Source: an uncultured delta proteobacterium (GTDB taxonomy: Bacteria; Desulfobacterota; Binatia; UBA9968). From it: DNA of 64,000 nt. The notes beneath the pieces are model-generated. The model did no database searches. It was not told the origin of the DNA and saw only the letters and a program-made list of their open reading frames with translations. The stretch is taken from assembly GCA_963804165.1 (NCBI GenBank), contig CAWDPO010000017.1, positions 288,001 to 352,000 of the forward strand, given 5' to 3'. Both the position numbers and the translations under genes were made by a program. Of the stretch, positions 21,229 to 31,223 are shown in pieces. Positions within the stretch are counted from its first letter, which is position 1. Each line of letters begins with the position of its first letter.

Positions 21229-21429
21229 TGAGAAATTCCTCCGGATATCTGACGCCCTCAGAACTGGAATGCGAGCCGAGCGGGACGTTCAGTTCGATTG
21301 TTTTTCTGTATCATCGACGCCGACGCTGAGGCAACCGGAAGATCGAATTTATTCAACGGACCGGCTCGCCCTGGACATTTTTTTTGCTGCGTGCGACTCT
21401 TCACTTACTAAAAAAGCAGGAGGATTCTC

Positions 21430-22257
21430 ATGACGGCATCGTTCTACATCCGTGGATCGTTTATTGCGTTTTGTTTTTCAATGGTGCTTGCCAGCGTCCA
21501 TGCAGAGGCGCAGCCCGCGAAGGGCGATTACCAACCCCAGGTCGGCCAGGACGGAAAAGATGTCATCTGGGTGCCGACACCGCAGGCGCTGGTCGATAAG
21601 ATGCTCGATATGGGCAAGGTGACGTCGAAAGATTATGTGATCGATCTCGGCTCCGGCGACGGCCGCACGGTGATTACCGCGGCCAAGCGCGGCGCCAAGG
21701 CGATGGGCATCGAATATAATCCCGACATGGTCGAGTTGTCGAAGCGTAATGCCGCCAAAGAAGGCGTCAGTGACAAAGCCAGCTTTGCCAAAGCCGACCT
21801 CTTCGAGAGCGATTTTTCTCAGGCGACGGTCATCACGATGTTCCTGCTGCCCGATATCAATTTGAAACTTCGGCCGAAGATTCTAGACCTCAAACCCGGC
21901 ACTCGGATCGTCTCGAACTCGTTCACCATGGGCGATTGGTCTGCTGATGATACCGTGAACGTCAAAGATAGCTGCGCTTCATATTGCACGGCGTACCTTT
22001 GGATCGTGCCGGCGAAGGTGGAGGGAGTGTGGCGGCTTAACGACGGCGAGCTCACCCTCAAGCAAACCTATCAAATGATTTCCGGATCGCTAAAGCGCGG
22101 TAACAACACCGTGCAGATCGCCAACGGCAAACTCAATGGCGATCAGATCACGTTCAACGCCGGCGGCACGCTCTACGTGGGACGGACAACCGTCAATGGC
22201 ATGGAAGGGACGATAAGTTCGGGCGGCGATTGGAAAGCGACGCGCGCCGGGCGCTAA
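21430..22257 (+). CDS. Class I SAM-dependent methyltransferase with predicted signal peptide
   Basis: DVIWVPTP, IDLGSGDGR and LKPGTRIVS motifs; N-terminal h-region ending AEAQ. Confidence 0.88.
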   Translation: MTASFYIRGSFIAFCFSMVLASVHAEAQPAKGDYQPQVGQDGKDVIWVPTPQALVDKMLDMGKVTSKDYVIDLGSGDGRTVITAAKRGAKAMGIEYNPDMVELSKRNAAKEGVSDKASFAKADLFESDFSQATVITMFLLPDINLKLRPKILDLKPGTRIVSNSFTMGDWSADDTVNVKDSCASYCTAYLWIVPAKVEGVWRLNDGELTLKQTYQMISGSLKRGNNTVQIANGKLNGDQITFNAGGTLYVGRTTVNGMEGTISSGGDWKATRAGR

Positions 22258-22288
22258 CGAAAAAAATGTTTGGGCCGTACCGGCGGCC

Positions 22289-23137
22289 ATGGAATCACGA
22301 AAGGTTTTGATGACGGTGATGTCGCGCCGAGGATTGCTCGTCCTGGCGCTCTTTTCGCTCATTTTTAATTTATCTACCGAAGACCAGGCATCGCCCGGCG
22401 AATACGTGCCGAAATCCGGTCAAGCCGGCAAGGATGTCGTGTGGGTGCCTAACCCGTCAGCCATGGTCGAGAAGCTTCTCGACATGGCGACGGTAACTCC
22501 GCAAGACTACGTCATCGATCTGGGCTCGGGCGACGGCCGTAACGTGATCGCCGCGGCCAAGCGCGGGGCTCGTGCCCACGGCATCGAGTATGATGGCGAC
22601 TTGGTCGAGCTCTCCAAGCGCAACGCCGCGAAGGAAGGAGTCGGCGACAAGGCGACCTTTGAGAAGCGCGATATCTTCGAAAGCGACTTCTCAAAAGCCA
22701 CCGTGATCGTGCTCTTTCTTACACCCGAGTTGAATATCCGGCTGCGGCCCAAGCTCCTCGACCTCAAACCTGGAACCCGAATCGTCGCGAACACCTTCGC
22801 CATCGGCGACTGGAACGCCGACCAAACGTCGGTCGCCGCGACGAATTGCGAGCGTTGGTGCACGGCCCGGCTGTGGATCGTGCCCGCAAGAGTAACGGGA
22901 ACTTGGAAATTCGCGGATGGCGAACTGAAACTGAAACAAGTCTACCAGACGTTTACAGGGATACTGAAGGCTGTGAATGGATCTGCGCCGGTCGCCGGAC
23001 GGATGCGCGGCGAAGAGATCTTTTTCAGCAGCAAGGACAGCCAATTCACCGGGCGTGTAGCTGGCGACATGATCGAAGGCGTCGCCAGGACCGCTGGCGC
23101 CGACCGTAAGTTTCGCGCCAACCGCGTCGGCAATTAG
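22289..23137 (+). CDS. Class I SAM-dependent methyltransferase, tandem paralog
   Basis: DVVWVPNP, IDLGSGDGR and LKPGTRIVA motifs; hydrophobic N-terminus. Confidence 0.88.
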   Translation: MESRKVLMTVMSRRGLLVLALFSLIFNLSTEDQASPGEYVPKSGQAGKDVVWVPNPSAMVEKLLDMATVTPQDYVIDLGSGDGRNVIAAAKRGARAHGIEYDGDLVELSKRNAAKEGVGDKATFEKRDIFESDFSKATVIVLFLTPELNIRLRPKLLDLKPGTRIVANTFAIGDWNADQTSVAATNCERWCTARLWIVPARVTGTWKFADGELKLKQVYQTFTGILKAVNGSAPVAGRMRGEEIFFSSKDSQFTGRVAGDMIEGVARTAGADRKFRANRVGN

Positions 23138-23200
23138 ACGGCACGGTTAAACAATGAAGGGTCACGCTTGTTCCGCGTCGCCTTCTTGCTTGGTACCGCT

Positions 23201-24202
23201 TTACGACTTGATCCTTAGCAATCGTTTGGCGTTGCCTTCGAGCATCAGCAGCTTGTCCGCTTCGGAAATATCGAGCTGCTCGACTTTTTTTGCCGCGCCC
23301 CAATCGCCTAGATCGTAGGGGTAATCCGTGCCGACCATGATGTGGTCCACGCCGCCCAGGCCGATCAGATATTTGATCGTGTCGAGGCGATAGATCATGT
23401 CGTCGTAATAAATATTTTTCAGATACGCACTCGGCGCCATTTTCGCCTTGGCCGCGCGCGCGCCGGCGCGGACTTCCCAGCCGCGGTCAAAGCGGCCGAG
23501 GTGGTAGGGGAAAAATCCGCCGCCATGAAGAATGCAAAGCTTCAAGTTGGGAAAGCGATCGAACACTCCGCTGTAGGTCATGTAGCCGAAGCAAAGCGCG
23601 CTGTCGGCGGGATTGCCGCAGATTAATTTCAGCCCGTAAGGATTCATTTTATCGGCGCCGGCGACGTCTTCCGGATGCATGACGACCATGACGTCGAGCT
23701 CTTGCGCCTTGGCCCAAAAGGGATCGAAATCGTCGGTGCCGTAATAGTTGCCGTTGACGTTGGTGCCGATGTAGCCGCCGCGGAAATTCAAGTCGCGTAC
23801 GGCGCGCTCCAAGACTCGCGCGGCGCGCGCCGGGTCCTGCAGTGGCACGGAGGCCATGCCGACGAAGCGGTCGGGATAACGCTTGACTAACTCGGCGATG
23901 CCTTCGTTGTAAACATTACACCAGTTTTCGCCTTGCTCGCCGGTCAGCCGGTAGCCGAGCGTCGCCGTGTGCGCTTCCAGCGCCGCCATGGCCAGCTTCG
24001 AGTCCGCCATCATCTTGAGCCGTTCATCGACCGCGGGTAGTTCGGGATGCAGTACAAAAGGCGGACCACCGGCAAAGGAAAGCGATTTGTGACCGTCTTT
24101 CTCTGCCAGCTCGACGCCTAGATGTTTGCCGCTCTTCTTGGCTTCCTCCAAAAGGCTGTTGGGCACGTAATGATGGTGAACATCGATGGCACAGGTATTC
24201 AT
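23201..24202 (-). CDS. Amidohydrolase family 2 (aminocarboxymuconate-semialdehyde decarboxylase-like)
   Basis: IDVHHH, MHP, HGGG..PY..GR and GTDYPYD motifs. Confidence 0.88.
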   Translation of the reverse strand: MNTCAIDVHHHYVPNSLLEEAKKSGKHLGVELAEKDGHKSLSFAGGPPFVLHPELPAVDERLKMMADSKLAMAALEAHTATLGYRLTGEQGENWCNVYNEGIAELVKRYPDRFVGMASVPLQDPARAARVLERAVRDLNFRGGYIGTNVNGNYYGTDDFDPFWAKAQELDVMVVMHPEDVAGADKMNPYGLKLICGNPADSALCFGYMTYSGVFDRFPNLKLCILHGGGFFPYHLGRFDRGWEVRAGARAAKAKMAPSAYLKNIYYDDMIYRLDTIKYLIGLGGVDHIMVGTDYPYDLGDWGAAKKVEQLDISEADKLLMLEGNAKRLLRIKS

Positions 24203-24241
24203 CTGGATACTTCCTTCGCGATGGAATTCAGTTTGCTCGCG

Positions 24242-24289
24242 CCCTCACCCTTCCCTCTCCCAGTGGGAGAGGGTGAGAGTGAGGGGGGG
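24242..24289. repeat. REP-like element CCCTCACCC..CCCTCTCCC-AGT-GGGAGAGGG..GTGAGGG
   Basis: Nested perfect hairpin. Confidence 0.7.
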
Positions 24290-24331
24290 AAAATGAAAAT
24301 TGAGATAAGAGCGAGGTGAGTCGCGACTCGA

Positions 24332-25999
24332 TCAATGGGTTATGCACAAATGCTGGCGGCGTACTTTACCGGGGAAGACCTCGTTGCATTGACCCTCCTC
24401 GACGACCGTCGCGCCATTGACGATGACGGCTTTCATTCCGGGCGGATGACGCCTGACTTCCTGAGCGTCGACCGTGGCCGGCAGCTTCTGGCTTACCAGG
24501 TCATCGATCTTGTCGGCATCAAATACCGTCACGTCGGCCGGCATTCCTTCTTTGAGCACGCCGCGGTTGAGGCGCAATTTCTTGGCCGGGAATCCGGTCA
24601 GCTTATGCACCGCTTCCTCGAGGCTGAACAGATTCTTTTCGCGGCGCCAGTAGCCGAGGATTTTCGTCGGCGCGCCATGCCAGAAGAAGCGATCGAGATG
24701 CGCGCCAACGTCGGTGCCGATGAGGCTGGTGTCGGATTTGATCATTTCCGCCAGCAGCTCGGGATGGGCGTTGGCGAGGCCGTGGTAACAGATCCGCGAG
24801 CTGAGATTATCTTCGAGCCAGGTATCGAAGAACGCGTCCACCGGAGCTTTTTCCGTGAGACGCGCGATCTCTTCGACGTTCTTCAACTCCAACTTCTTTA
24901 ATTCAGGTTTATCGAGATGCTCGAACACGACGCGGTCCCAGCCATGCCATTCAGGAAATTCCAACTTGCCTTCGCACGCGATGCGCTCTTGCTCGATCTT
25001 TCTGCGGATCTCCTTGTCCTGGAGCTTGCTGCGCACGTCGCTTGAGTTTTTGATCGCCTCCCACGTCGGCAGGCCGTTAAACAAGAAGCAATCATCGAAG
25101 TCAAAGCGCCGGATATGCTGGTAGGGGATGACGACGCCGTACAAATCCTGGCCGCGTTTCTGCGCTTCTTCCATGTACTGGATCGACTTCGTCCCCGCGG
25201 CCTTCGCGCCGGGTCGGACGCGGAACTCATTGCCGATCTGCAGGCCATGAATTTTCGTGAGCATCTCCGGCACGCCGGATTCCGGCTGGAGAATCATCTG
25301 AAAACCGTTGAATTGGAAACAGCCGTTGTATTCGTCGGTAACGTTGGCGAGCTCGATGATTTCATCATGCTCGGCGAACGTGCTCGGCGTGCCGGCGTGA
25401 ATCGCCGGTCCACCACGCGGGCTCGTGGAAAAGCCAATGGCGCCTAGTTCCATGCCCTCGCGCACCATTTTTTTCATGGTATCGAGCTCTTCAGGATTGG
25501 CGGCGCGCTGATAGGCGGCCTCGCCCATTACGGTCAAGCGCACGGGAGAGTGGGGCATGAGAGGGAGCACGTTAATGGCGACCTTGCCTTCGAGGTAATT
25601 CAAATATTCGCCGAAGGTATTCCAGCGCCAGTCTTTGTCGTCGACATATTTGTCGAGCACGCGGCGCAGATACTGCACCAGCACCTGGCGCGGCTCGGGC
25701 TTCGGTGGCACCGGCGCGCAGGACGCGCCGCAGTCGCCGATGACGATGCTGGTCACGCCGTAATTCACCACTGGATTGCCGTTCGGATATTGCACCACGA
25801 AGGCGTCCATGTGCGTATGCGAATCGATGAAGCCGGGGGCTACCACATGCCCTTTGGCGTCGATCTCTTTCTTGCCCGTTCCCACGTCTTTGCCGATAGC
25901 GGTAATCTTATCGCCGTCGATCGCGACGTCAGCCGCGAATCCGGGGCTGCCGGTGCCGTCGACGACCGTTCCATTCTTGATCACTACATCGTGAGCCAT
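24332..25999 (-). CDS. N-acyl-D-amino-acid deacylase family amidohydrolase
   Basis: VIKNGTVVDGTG, PGFIDSHTHMD, GDCG and G..KEG.PADV.VFD motifs. Confidence 0.88.
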   Translation of the reverse strand: MAHDVVIKNGTVVDGTGSPGFAADVAIDGDKITAIGKDVGTGKKEIDAKGHVVAPGFIDSHTHMDAFVVQYPNGNPVVNYGVTSIVIGDCGASCAPVPPKPEPRQVLVQYLRRVLDKYVDDKDWRWNTFGEYLNYLEGKVAINVLPLMPHSPVRLTVMGEAAYQRAANPEELDTMKKMVREGMELGAIGFSTSPRGGPAIHAGTPSTFAEHDEIIELANVTDEYNGCFQFNGFQMILQPESGVPEMLTKIHGLQIGNEFRVRPGAKAAGTKSIQYMEEAQKRGQDLYGVVIPYQHIRRFDFDDCFLFNGLPTWEAIKNSSDVRSKLQDKEIRRKIEQERIACEGKLEFPEWHGWDRVVFEHLDKPELKKLELKNVEEIARLTEKAPVDAFFDTWLEDNLSSRICYHGLANAHPELLAEMIKSDTSLIGTDVGAHLDRFFWHGAPTKILGYWRREKNLFSLEEAVHKLTGFPAKKLRLNRGVLKEGMPADVTVFDADKIDDLVSQKLPATVDAQEVRRHPPGMKAVIVNGATVVEEGQCNEVFPGKVRRQHLCITH

Positions 26000-26079
26000 A
26001 ATTGGATCTCCTCCCTGTGGTCGGTCAATTTAAATTCTTATCCCACCGAAGGTGACTGGCTGTCAACTGCTCGGAAGCG

Positions 26080-26266
26080 GTTTTGGGTTGCGGATTTCGT
26101 GCTTCGAGTTTGTTGAAATCAGAACGGTGGAGGTTAATGCGTGGTTTCAGTCGAAGAAATGATTCGATTGCAGAGTAATCCGTAAGATGACGCGTCGCTG
26201 CGCCAGACTACCGCGGAGTAATGGATCTCGCGGCAAACCCGGGATGCAAGACCGGAAACTCGAAAC
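26080..26266. repeat. Degenerate heptamer-period inverted repeat (GTTTCGA/TCGAAAC family) downstream of tctA
   Basis: Arms 26080-26111 (gttttgg gttgcgg atttcgt gcttcga gttt) and 26235-26266 (aaacccg..aaactcg aaac). Confidence 0.45.
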
Positions 26267-26279
26267 CGCGCTTCGCGCG

Positions 26280-27779
26280 CTACACGGCGTCTTCCGGGCG
26301 CTCGTATTTGGCTTTGCCCATGCGCTCTTTGATCGTTGGATAGGCGACTGTGAAGATGGTCACCGCAATGAGCCCTATGACCGTCGGGAACATAAGCCAT
26401 TTGGCGCCGTAGGCGGCGGTGGAAATCCACAGATAATTTTCCGCGATCTTGCCGAGGGTAAGCCCCAGTATCAAAGGGGGCCGCGGCCAGCCGAACTTGA
26501 CCATGCAAAAACCTATAAAGCCGAACAGCAGCGTGGTGATGATGTCGTTAAGATCGTTATTCGCGGTAAATGAGCCGATGAAGACCAGAAACATCAAGAA
26601 GGGGATAAGCAAGGTACCGCGGATAAAGGTCAAGGCCGCGAGATGATTCAAAATCAAAAAGCATAGGGCGGCAACGATAAGGTTGGCGATGATCAACACC
26701 CAAACCATCGAAAACGTCACGTCGAGTCGCGACTTGAGCATTTCGGGACCGGGATTGAGGCCGACGATCAGCATCGCGCCCAGCAGCAATGCCATAGCGC
26801 CGCTGCCGGGAATACCGAAGGCGAGGGTTGGAATCAAGTCGCCGCCGCGGGTCGAATTGTTGGCGCAAGCGGGACCGAGCAACCCTTCGATTGCTCCTTT
26901 GCCGGCGCGAGATTTGTCTTTGAGTCCTTGCACGGCGTGGGCATAAGAAATCCATTGCGCCACATTGGCCCCGAGGACGGGCAGGACGCCGAAATAGACG
27001 CCGATCATGGCACAGCGAAAGACCAACCAGAAGTGGCGAAAGGTGTCTTTGATCCCCTCCATCACTCCGGTTATTTTGTCCGGTTTGTGGCTTGCGATGC
27101 TGGTGCCGCGAACCGACAAATCGACGATTTCGGGTATCGCGAACAGACCGACGACCACGGGGATGAGGTCGAGGCGATCCCACAGGTAAAGCGAGCCGAA
27201 AGTATAACGGAGAGACCCGGTTTGAGGATCGACGCCTATGGCGGCCAACATTAAACCGAGACCGCCGGCCAAAAGGCCCTTGATCAAGGACGCGCCGGCG
27301 AGCGTGCCGATAAAAGTTATGCCCATGATCGCTATGACAAACAGCTCCGGCGATCCGAAGAGGAGTACAAGCGGACGCATAATCGGTATCGATAGGGCCA
27401 ATGATAGAGCGCCGATGACCGAGCCTAAGACAGAGGCCGTGATCGCGGCGCCTAACGCGCGGCCGGCTTCGCCATTTTTCGTCATGGGATAGCCATCGAG
27501 TATCAAGGCGGCTGAGGACCCCTCCCCGGGGATCCCAAAAAGTATCGAGGTTAAATCGCCGGTTGTACTGGTGACGGCGAGCATGCCAAGGAGAAACGCA
27601 AACGCGGAAACCGGGTCTTTGATGTTATAAGAGAACGGCAACATCAGCGCCAAGGTCGAGAGGCCGCCGATGCCGGGAAGGAGGCCGACCCAAAAGCCGA
27701 TGGCGATGCCGAGGAGCATGTATCCGAAGGCTGGCCACGCCAGTACTTTCCAAAATCCTATGATAAAAGCTTCTAACAT
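26280..27779 (-). CDS. tctA: Tripartite tricarboxylate transporter large permease TctA
   Basis: G..PG.G, SIL.GIPG, DGYPM..G.AG.AL, IPTLAFGIPG and GL.PGP motifs; multiple TM helices. Confidence 0.93.
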   Translation of the reverse strand: MLEAFIIGFWKVLAWPAFGYMLLGIAIGFWVGLLPGIGGLSTLALMLPFSYNIKDPVSAFAFLLGMLAVTSTTGDLTSILFGIPGEGSSAALILDGYPMTKNGEAGRALGAAITASVLGSVIGALSLALSIPIMRPLVLLFGSPELFVIAIMGITFIGTLAGASLIKGLLAGGLGLMLAAIGVDPQTGSLRYTFGSLYLWDRLDLIPVVVGLFAIPEIVDLSVRGTSIASHKPDKITGVMEGIKDTFRHFWLVFRCAMIGVYFGVLPVLGANVAQWISYAHAVQGLKDKSRAGKGAIEGLLGPACANNSTRGGDLIPTLAFGIPGSGAMALLLGAMLIVGLNPGPEMLKSRLDVTFSMVWVLIIANLIVAALCFLILNHLAALTFIRGTLLIPFLMFLVFIGSFTANNDLNDIITTLLFGFIGFCMVKFGWPRPPLILGLTLGKIAENYLWISTAAYGAKWLMFPTVIGLIAVTIFTVAYPTIKERMGKAKYERPEDAV

Positions 27780-27894
27780 TGGATGCTCCTACCGCCTGTG
27801 AATTTAGCGGCTCATGCTCATTATCGCATCTTGCGTTGAGGGTCAACTGAATTAACCGGTAAATTTGCATTTCTACCGGTTTCTTTTGAGCCAG

Positions 27895-28989
27895 TCACTG
27901 ACTCAAGATTCTTTTCAGGGCGGCGCTAATATCGGGTGGTTGGTTGACGACTTCCTTCGCTAACGCTGCCAACTCCTCACCGTTGACCGGCCGCGGTTCC
28001 CAGCCTTTTTTTGCAACATCTTCCTGGAACTCGGGATCGGAAAATATCTTCCAATAGGCTTCGCGCAGCAGTTTGACCCGCTCGGGCGGTAGTCCCGGCG
28101 TGGCCACGATAGGCATCGAGCCAAAACCCCACAAGCCCAAGTAAGTGTTCACCAAGCGGCGCTTGGCGTCGGCGATTTTGTATTGGTCCATCAGTTCGAA
28201 GATGGTTGGCACATCGGGGATTTTCGGATGGCGCTGCTTCTCAGTGTGCAGCCAGATGCGCACAAAGCCTTTCTTATGCCAGGAGATGAATGGTTCGCGG
28301 GCAAAAAAACCGTCGATGGTGATGGCGCGGCAGTTTACCTCGCCCCTTTCCATCGCCAAGTCTTGATCGGCGCCACCCGGATAGCCGCTGATCACTTTAA
28401 ATTTCATGCCCAAGGATTCTTCGAGCAGCCGGGGAATGTCATAACCGGTGCTGCCCACGCCAGTCGCCGAACAGCGCGGCGGATCGTTGGACTGGCGCAA
28501 CTGATCCAAGCTTTTTTGCGGCGCGTCGCTGCGCATGAAGAGCAGATGGCCGGCGCGATAAGGTGTGCCGATCCAGGAATATTTGGGCCAGTCGAATTGC
28601 ACTTCCTTGCGCCCGGTCAACTGCGCCATGATGAGCGCGCCGCCAAAGGAGCCCAGGCTAAGTCCATCCGGTTTGGTCATGTTGTAAACGTGATTGGCGG
28701 CGATCATCGAGCCGGCCCCGGGCATGTTTTGAATGATGAAGTTGGGATTGCCCGGAAGATACTTGCCCATGAAGCGCCCGTAGGTGCGCGCGTATTGGTC
28801 ATGGTTATCGCCCGGTTGGTAGCCGACGATGACGCGGATGGTTTTACCTTGGTAGAAAGGCGTCTGGGCAGACGCCCGTTCAATGTTCAAGGGGTTCAAA
28901 AGTTCAAGGACGGAAAGACCGAGAAGTCCGAACAGCTTGAACGTTGGAACCCATGGACTCGTGAACATATTGTTAAGCCGGTATGTCAC
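27895..28989 (-). CDS. tctC: TctC/Bug-family substrate-binding protein (array gene 15, carries palindromic leader)
   Basis: FYQGK, QNMPGAG, KPDGL, YPGG and DVPT motifs. Confidence 0.9.
   Translation of the reverse strand: MTYRLNNMFTSPWVPTFKLFGLLGLSVLELLNPLNIERASAQTPFYQGKTIRVIVGYQPGDNHDQYARTYGRFMGKYLPGNPNFIIQNMPGAGSMIAANHVYNMTKPDGLSLGSFGGALIMAQLTGRKEVQFDWPKYSWIGTPYRAGHLLFMRSDAPQKSLDQLRQSNDPPRCSATGVGSTGYDIPRLLEESLGMKFKVISGYPGGADQDLAMERGEVNCRAITIDGFFAREPFISWHKKGFVRIWLHTEKQRHPKIPDVPTIFELMDQYKIADAKRRLVNTYLGLWGFGSMPIVATPGLPPERVKLLREAYWKIFSDPEFQEDVAKKGWEPRPVNGEELAALAKEVVNQPPDISAALKRILSQ
28878..28966. repeat. 89-bp GTTCAA/TTGAAC palindromic leader element (TTGAAC-side arm degenerate)
   Basis: 4x gttcaa, 29-nt spacer, then ttgaac/tggaac/tggact/gtgaac. 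Confidence 0.8.
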
Positions 28990-29010
28990 GGGGCCTCCCC
29001 TTTAACTGGA

Positions 29011-30099
29011 TCACTTTGCCAGCAACTTTTTCAACGACTCCGTGATTTCCGGCGGTTGATTGACGACGTCCCTTGCGAGCGTCTGCAACTCTTCGCCACC
29101 GATGAACTCGACTTCCCATTTGCGCTTCTTCAACTCTTCTTGAAACTCCGGATCCTTGAACATCTTGGCAAACGCATCGCGCAGAATTTGCGTTCGATCC
29201 GCCGGCGTGCCGGGGGTCGCTACGATCGGTCGGGAGCCGAATCCCCAGATGCCGAGATAGGTATTGACCAAGCGCCGCTTGGAATCGGACACTTTGTATT
29301 GGTCCATCAATTCGAAGACCGTCGGCACGTCGGGCAGCTTGGGATGGCGCTGGCGTTCCGTTTGCAGCCACACTCGAACGAAGTTTTTCTTCACCCAGGT
29401 TGGGAAGGGCTCTCGTTGGAAAAATGATTCGATGATAAACGCACGGCAATGAACCTCGCCGCGCTCCAAAGCGAGATCTTGATCGGCGCCGCCGGGGTAG
29501 CCGCTGATGACGCGGAACTTGAAACCCAACGCTTCTTCGAGCAGCTTCGGCAAATCGTAACCAGTGCTGCCGACGCCGGTTGCCGAACATTTCGGCGGAT
29601 CGTTGGTTTGGCGCAGATCTTCAAAAGTTTTGTACGGCGCGTCGGTGCGCATGTATAAAAGATGGCCGCCGCGGTCGGGAGTCATGATCCAGGCATATTT
29701 CGGCCAGTCGAACTGGACTTCCTTGCGCCCCGTCAACTGCGCCATGAACAGCGCTCCGCCGATGGAGCCTAGCGTCAAGCCGTCCGGCTTGGTCAAGTTG
29801 AAGACGTGGTTGGCGGCGATCATCGAGCCGGCGCCAGGCATGTTTTGCACGACGAAATCGGGATTGCCGGGAATATGCTTGCCGAGAAAGCGTATGTAGG
29901 TTCGCGCCCACAAATCATGACTGTCGCCGGGCTGGTAGCCGACGACGATGCGAATGGTCTTGCCCTGATAGAAATTTGCTTGCGCAAAGGCTTGTTCAAG
30001 GTTCAAAGGGTTCAACAGTTCAACGACGAACAAAAGAAACAGGCTTAATCCGTTGAACGTTTGAACGTTTGAACGGTTGAACCAATGCGTTGAAATCAT
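29011..30099 (-). CDS. tctC: TctC/Bug-family substrate-binding protein (array gene 14, palindromic leader)
   Basis: Same motifs; start ATG 30099 after GGTGAGG. Confidence 0.9.
   Translation of the reverse strand: MISTHWFNRSNVQTFNGLSLFLLFVVELLNPLNLEQAFAQANFYQGKTIRIVVGYQPGDSHDLWARTYIRFLGKHIPGNPDFVVQNMPGAGSMIAANHVFNLTKPDGLTLGSIGGALFMAQLTGRKEVQFDWPKYAWIMTPDRGGHLLYMRTDAPYKTFEDLRQTNDPPKCSATGVGSTGYDLPKLLEEALGFKFRVISGYPGGADQDLALERGEVHCRAFIIESFFQREPFPTWVKKNFVRVWLQTERQRHPKLPDVPTVFELMDQYKVSDSKRRLVNTYLGIWGFGSRPIVATPGTPADRTQILRDAFAKMFKDPEFQEELKKRKWEVEFIGGEELQTLARDVVNQPPEITESLKKLLAK
29994..30082. repeat. 89-bp GTTCAA/TTGAAC palindromic leader element
   Basis: 4x gttcaa, 29 nt, 4x ttgaac. Confidence 0.92.
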
Positions 30100-30119
30100 A
30101 CTACGCCTCACCTTCAAAA

Positions 30120-31202
30120 CTATTTCGCCAACAATTTTTTTAGCCACTCGACCACTTCCGGCGGTTGATCGATGACTTCCTTCGCAAGCGCCTGGAGGTC
30201 TTCGCCGCTGGTCGGCCGGATCTCCCAGCCGCTTTTTTTCGCTTCGGCAAGGAAGTCGGGATCCTTCATAGTCTTGGCAAAGGCATCGCGCAGGATCCTT
30301 ACACGATCCGCGGGGATGCCCGGAGTCGCCAGGATCGGCCAGGCACCAAAGCCGCCGACACCCAGATAGACAAGCATTTGGCGGCGCTTGATCTCCGGCG
30401 TTTTGTATTGGTCCATCAATTCGAAAAGTGTCGGGACCTCGGGAATCCTGGGATTACGCTGCCGCGAGGTTTGCAGCATGATGCGGACGAAGCCGGTCTT
30501 GTGCCAAGTGACAAAGGGTTCGCGGGCGAAAAACGCCGCAATGGTAATAGCGCGGCATAGCGCCTCGCCTCTTTCGATCGCCAGATCCATTTCGGCGCCG
30601 CCGGGGTAACCGGTGATCAGGCGGAATTTCAAGCCGACCATCTCTTCAAGCAACTTGGGCACGTCGTGGCCGCTGGTGCCGACGCCGGTGGCGCTGCAGC
30701 GCGGCGGCTCTTTGGCGCTGCGGATGTCGTCGAGCGTCTTATAGGGGGAGTCCGAGCGCATGAATAACAAATGGCCGTTGCGCTCCGGCGCGCCGATAAA
30801 GTTAAACTTCGTCCAATCGAATTTGGCTTCTTTGCTGCCGACGAGCTGCGCATAGTAAAGGGCGGGAGAGGGGGAGCCTAGGGTCAAGCCGTCGGGCTTG
30901 GCGACGTTGTACACGTGATTGGCCGCGATCATGCCGCCCGCGCCCGGCATATTCTGCACCAAGATCGCCGGATTGCCGGGAATGTGTTTACCCATACTGC
31001 GCGAATAGGCGCGCGCGAAGAGATCGTGAGTGTCGCCGGGCAAGTTGCCGACGATAATGCGCACGGTCTTGCCCTGGTAGAAATTCGCTTGCGCGAATGC
31101 CCGTTCAACGTTCAAAGGGTTCAATAGTTCAACGACGGAGAAAATCAAGAGTCCGACAACCTTGAACGCTTGAACCTTTGAACTTTTGAACGAGTTCGTC
31201 AT
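30120..31202 (-). CDS. tctC: TctC/Bug-family substrate-binding protein (array gene 13, palindromic leader)
   Basis: Bug motifs; leader FKSSKVQAFKV...ELLNPLNVE-RAFAQ. Confidence 0.9.
   Translation of the reverse strand: MTNSFKSSKVQAFKVVGLLIFSVVELLNPLNVERAFAQANFYQGKTVRIIVGNLPGDTHDLFARAYSRSMGKHIPGNPAILVQNMPGAGGMIAANHVYNVAKPDGLTLGSPSPALYYAQLVGSKEAKFDWTKFNFIGAPERNGHLLFMRSDSPYKTLDDIRSAKEPPRCSATGVGTSGHDVPKLLEEMVGLKFRLITGYPGGAEMDLAIERGEALCRAITIAAFFAREPFVTWHKTGFVRIMLQTSRQRNPRIPEVPTLFELMDQYKTPEIKRRQMLVYLGVGGFGAWPILATPGIPADRVRILRDAFAKTMKDPDFLAEAKKSGWEIRPTSGEDLQALAKEVIDQPPEVVEWLKKLLAK
31103..31191. repeat. 89-bp GTTCAA/TTGAAC palindromic leader element
   Basis: 4x gttcaa, 29 nt, 4x ttgaac. Confidence 0.92.
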
Positions 31203-31223
31203 TTGACCCTTCCGCCGCGGCCG

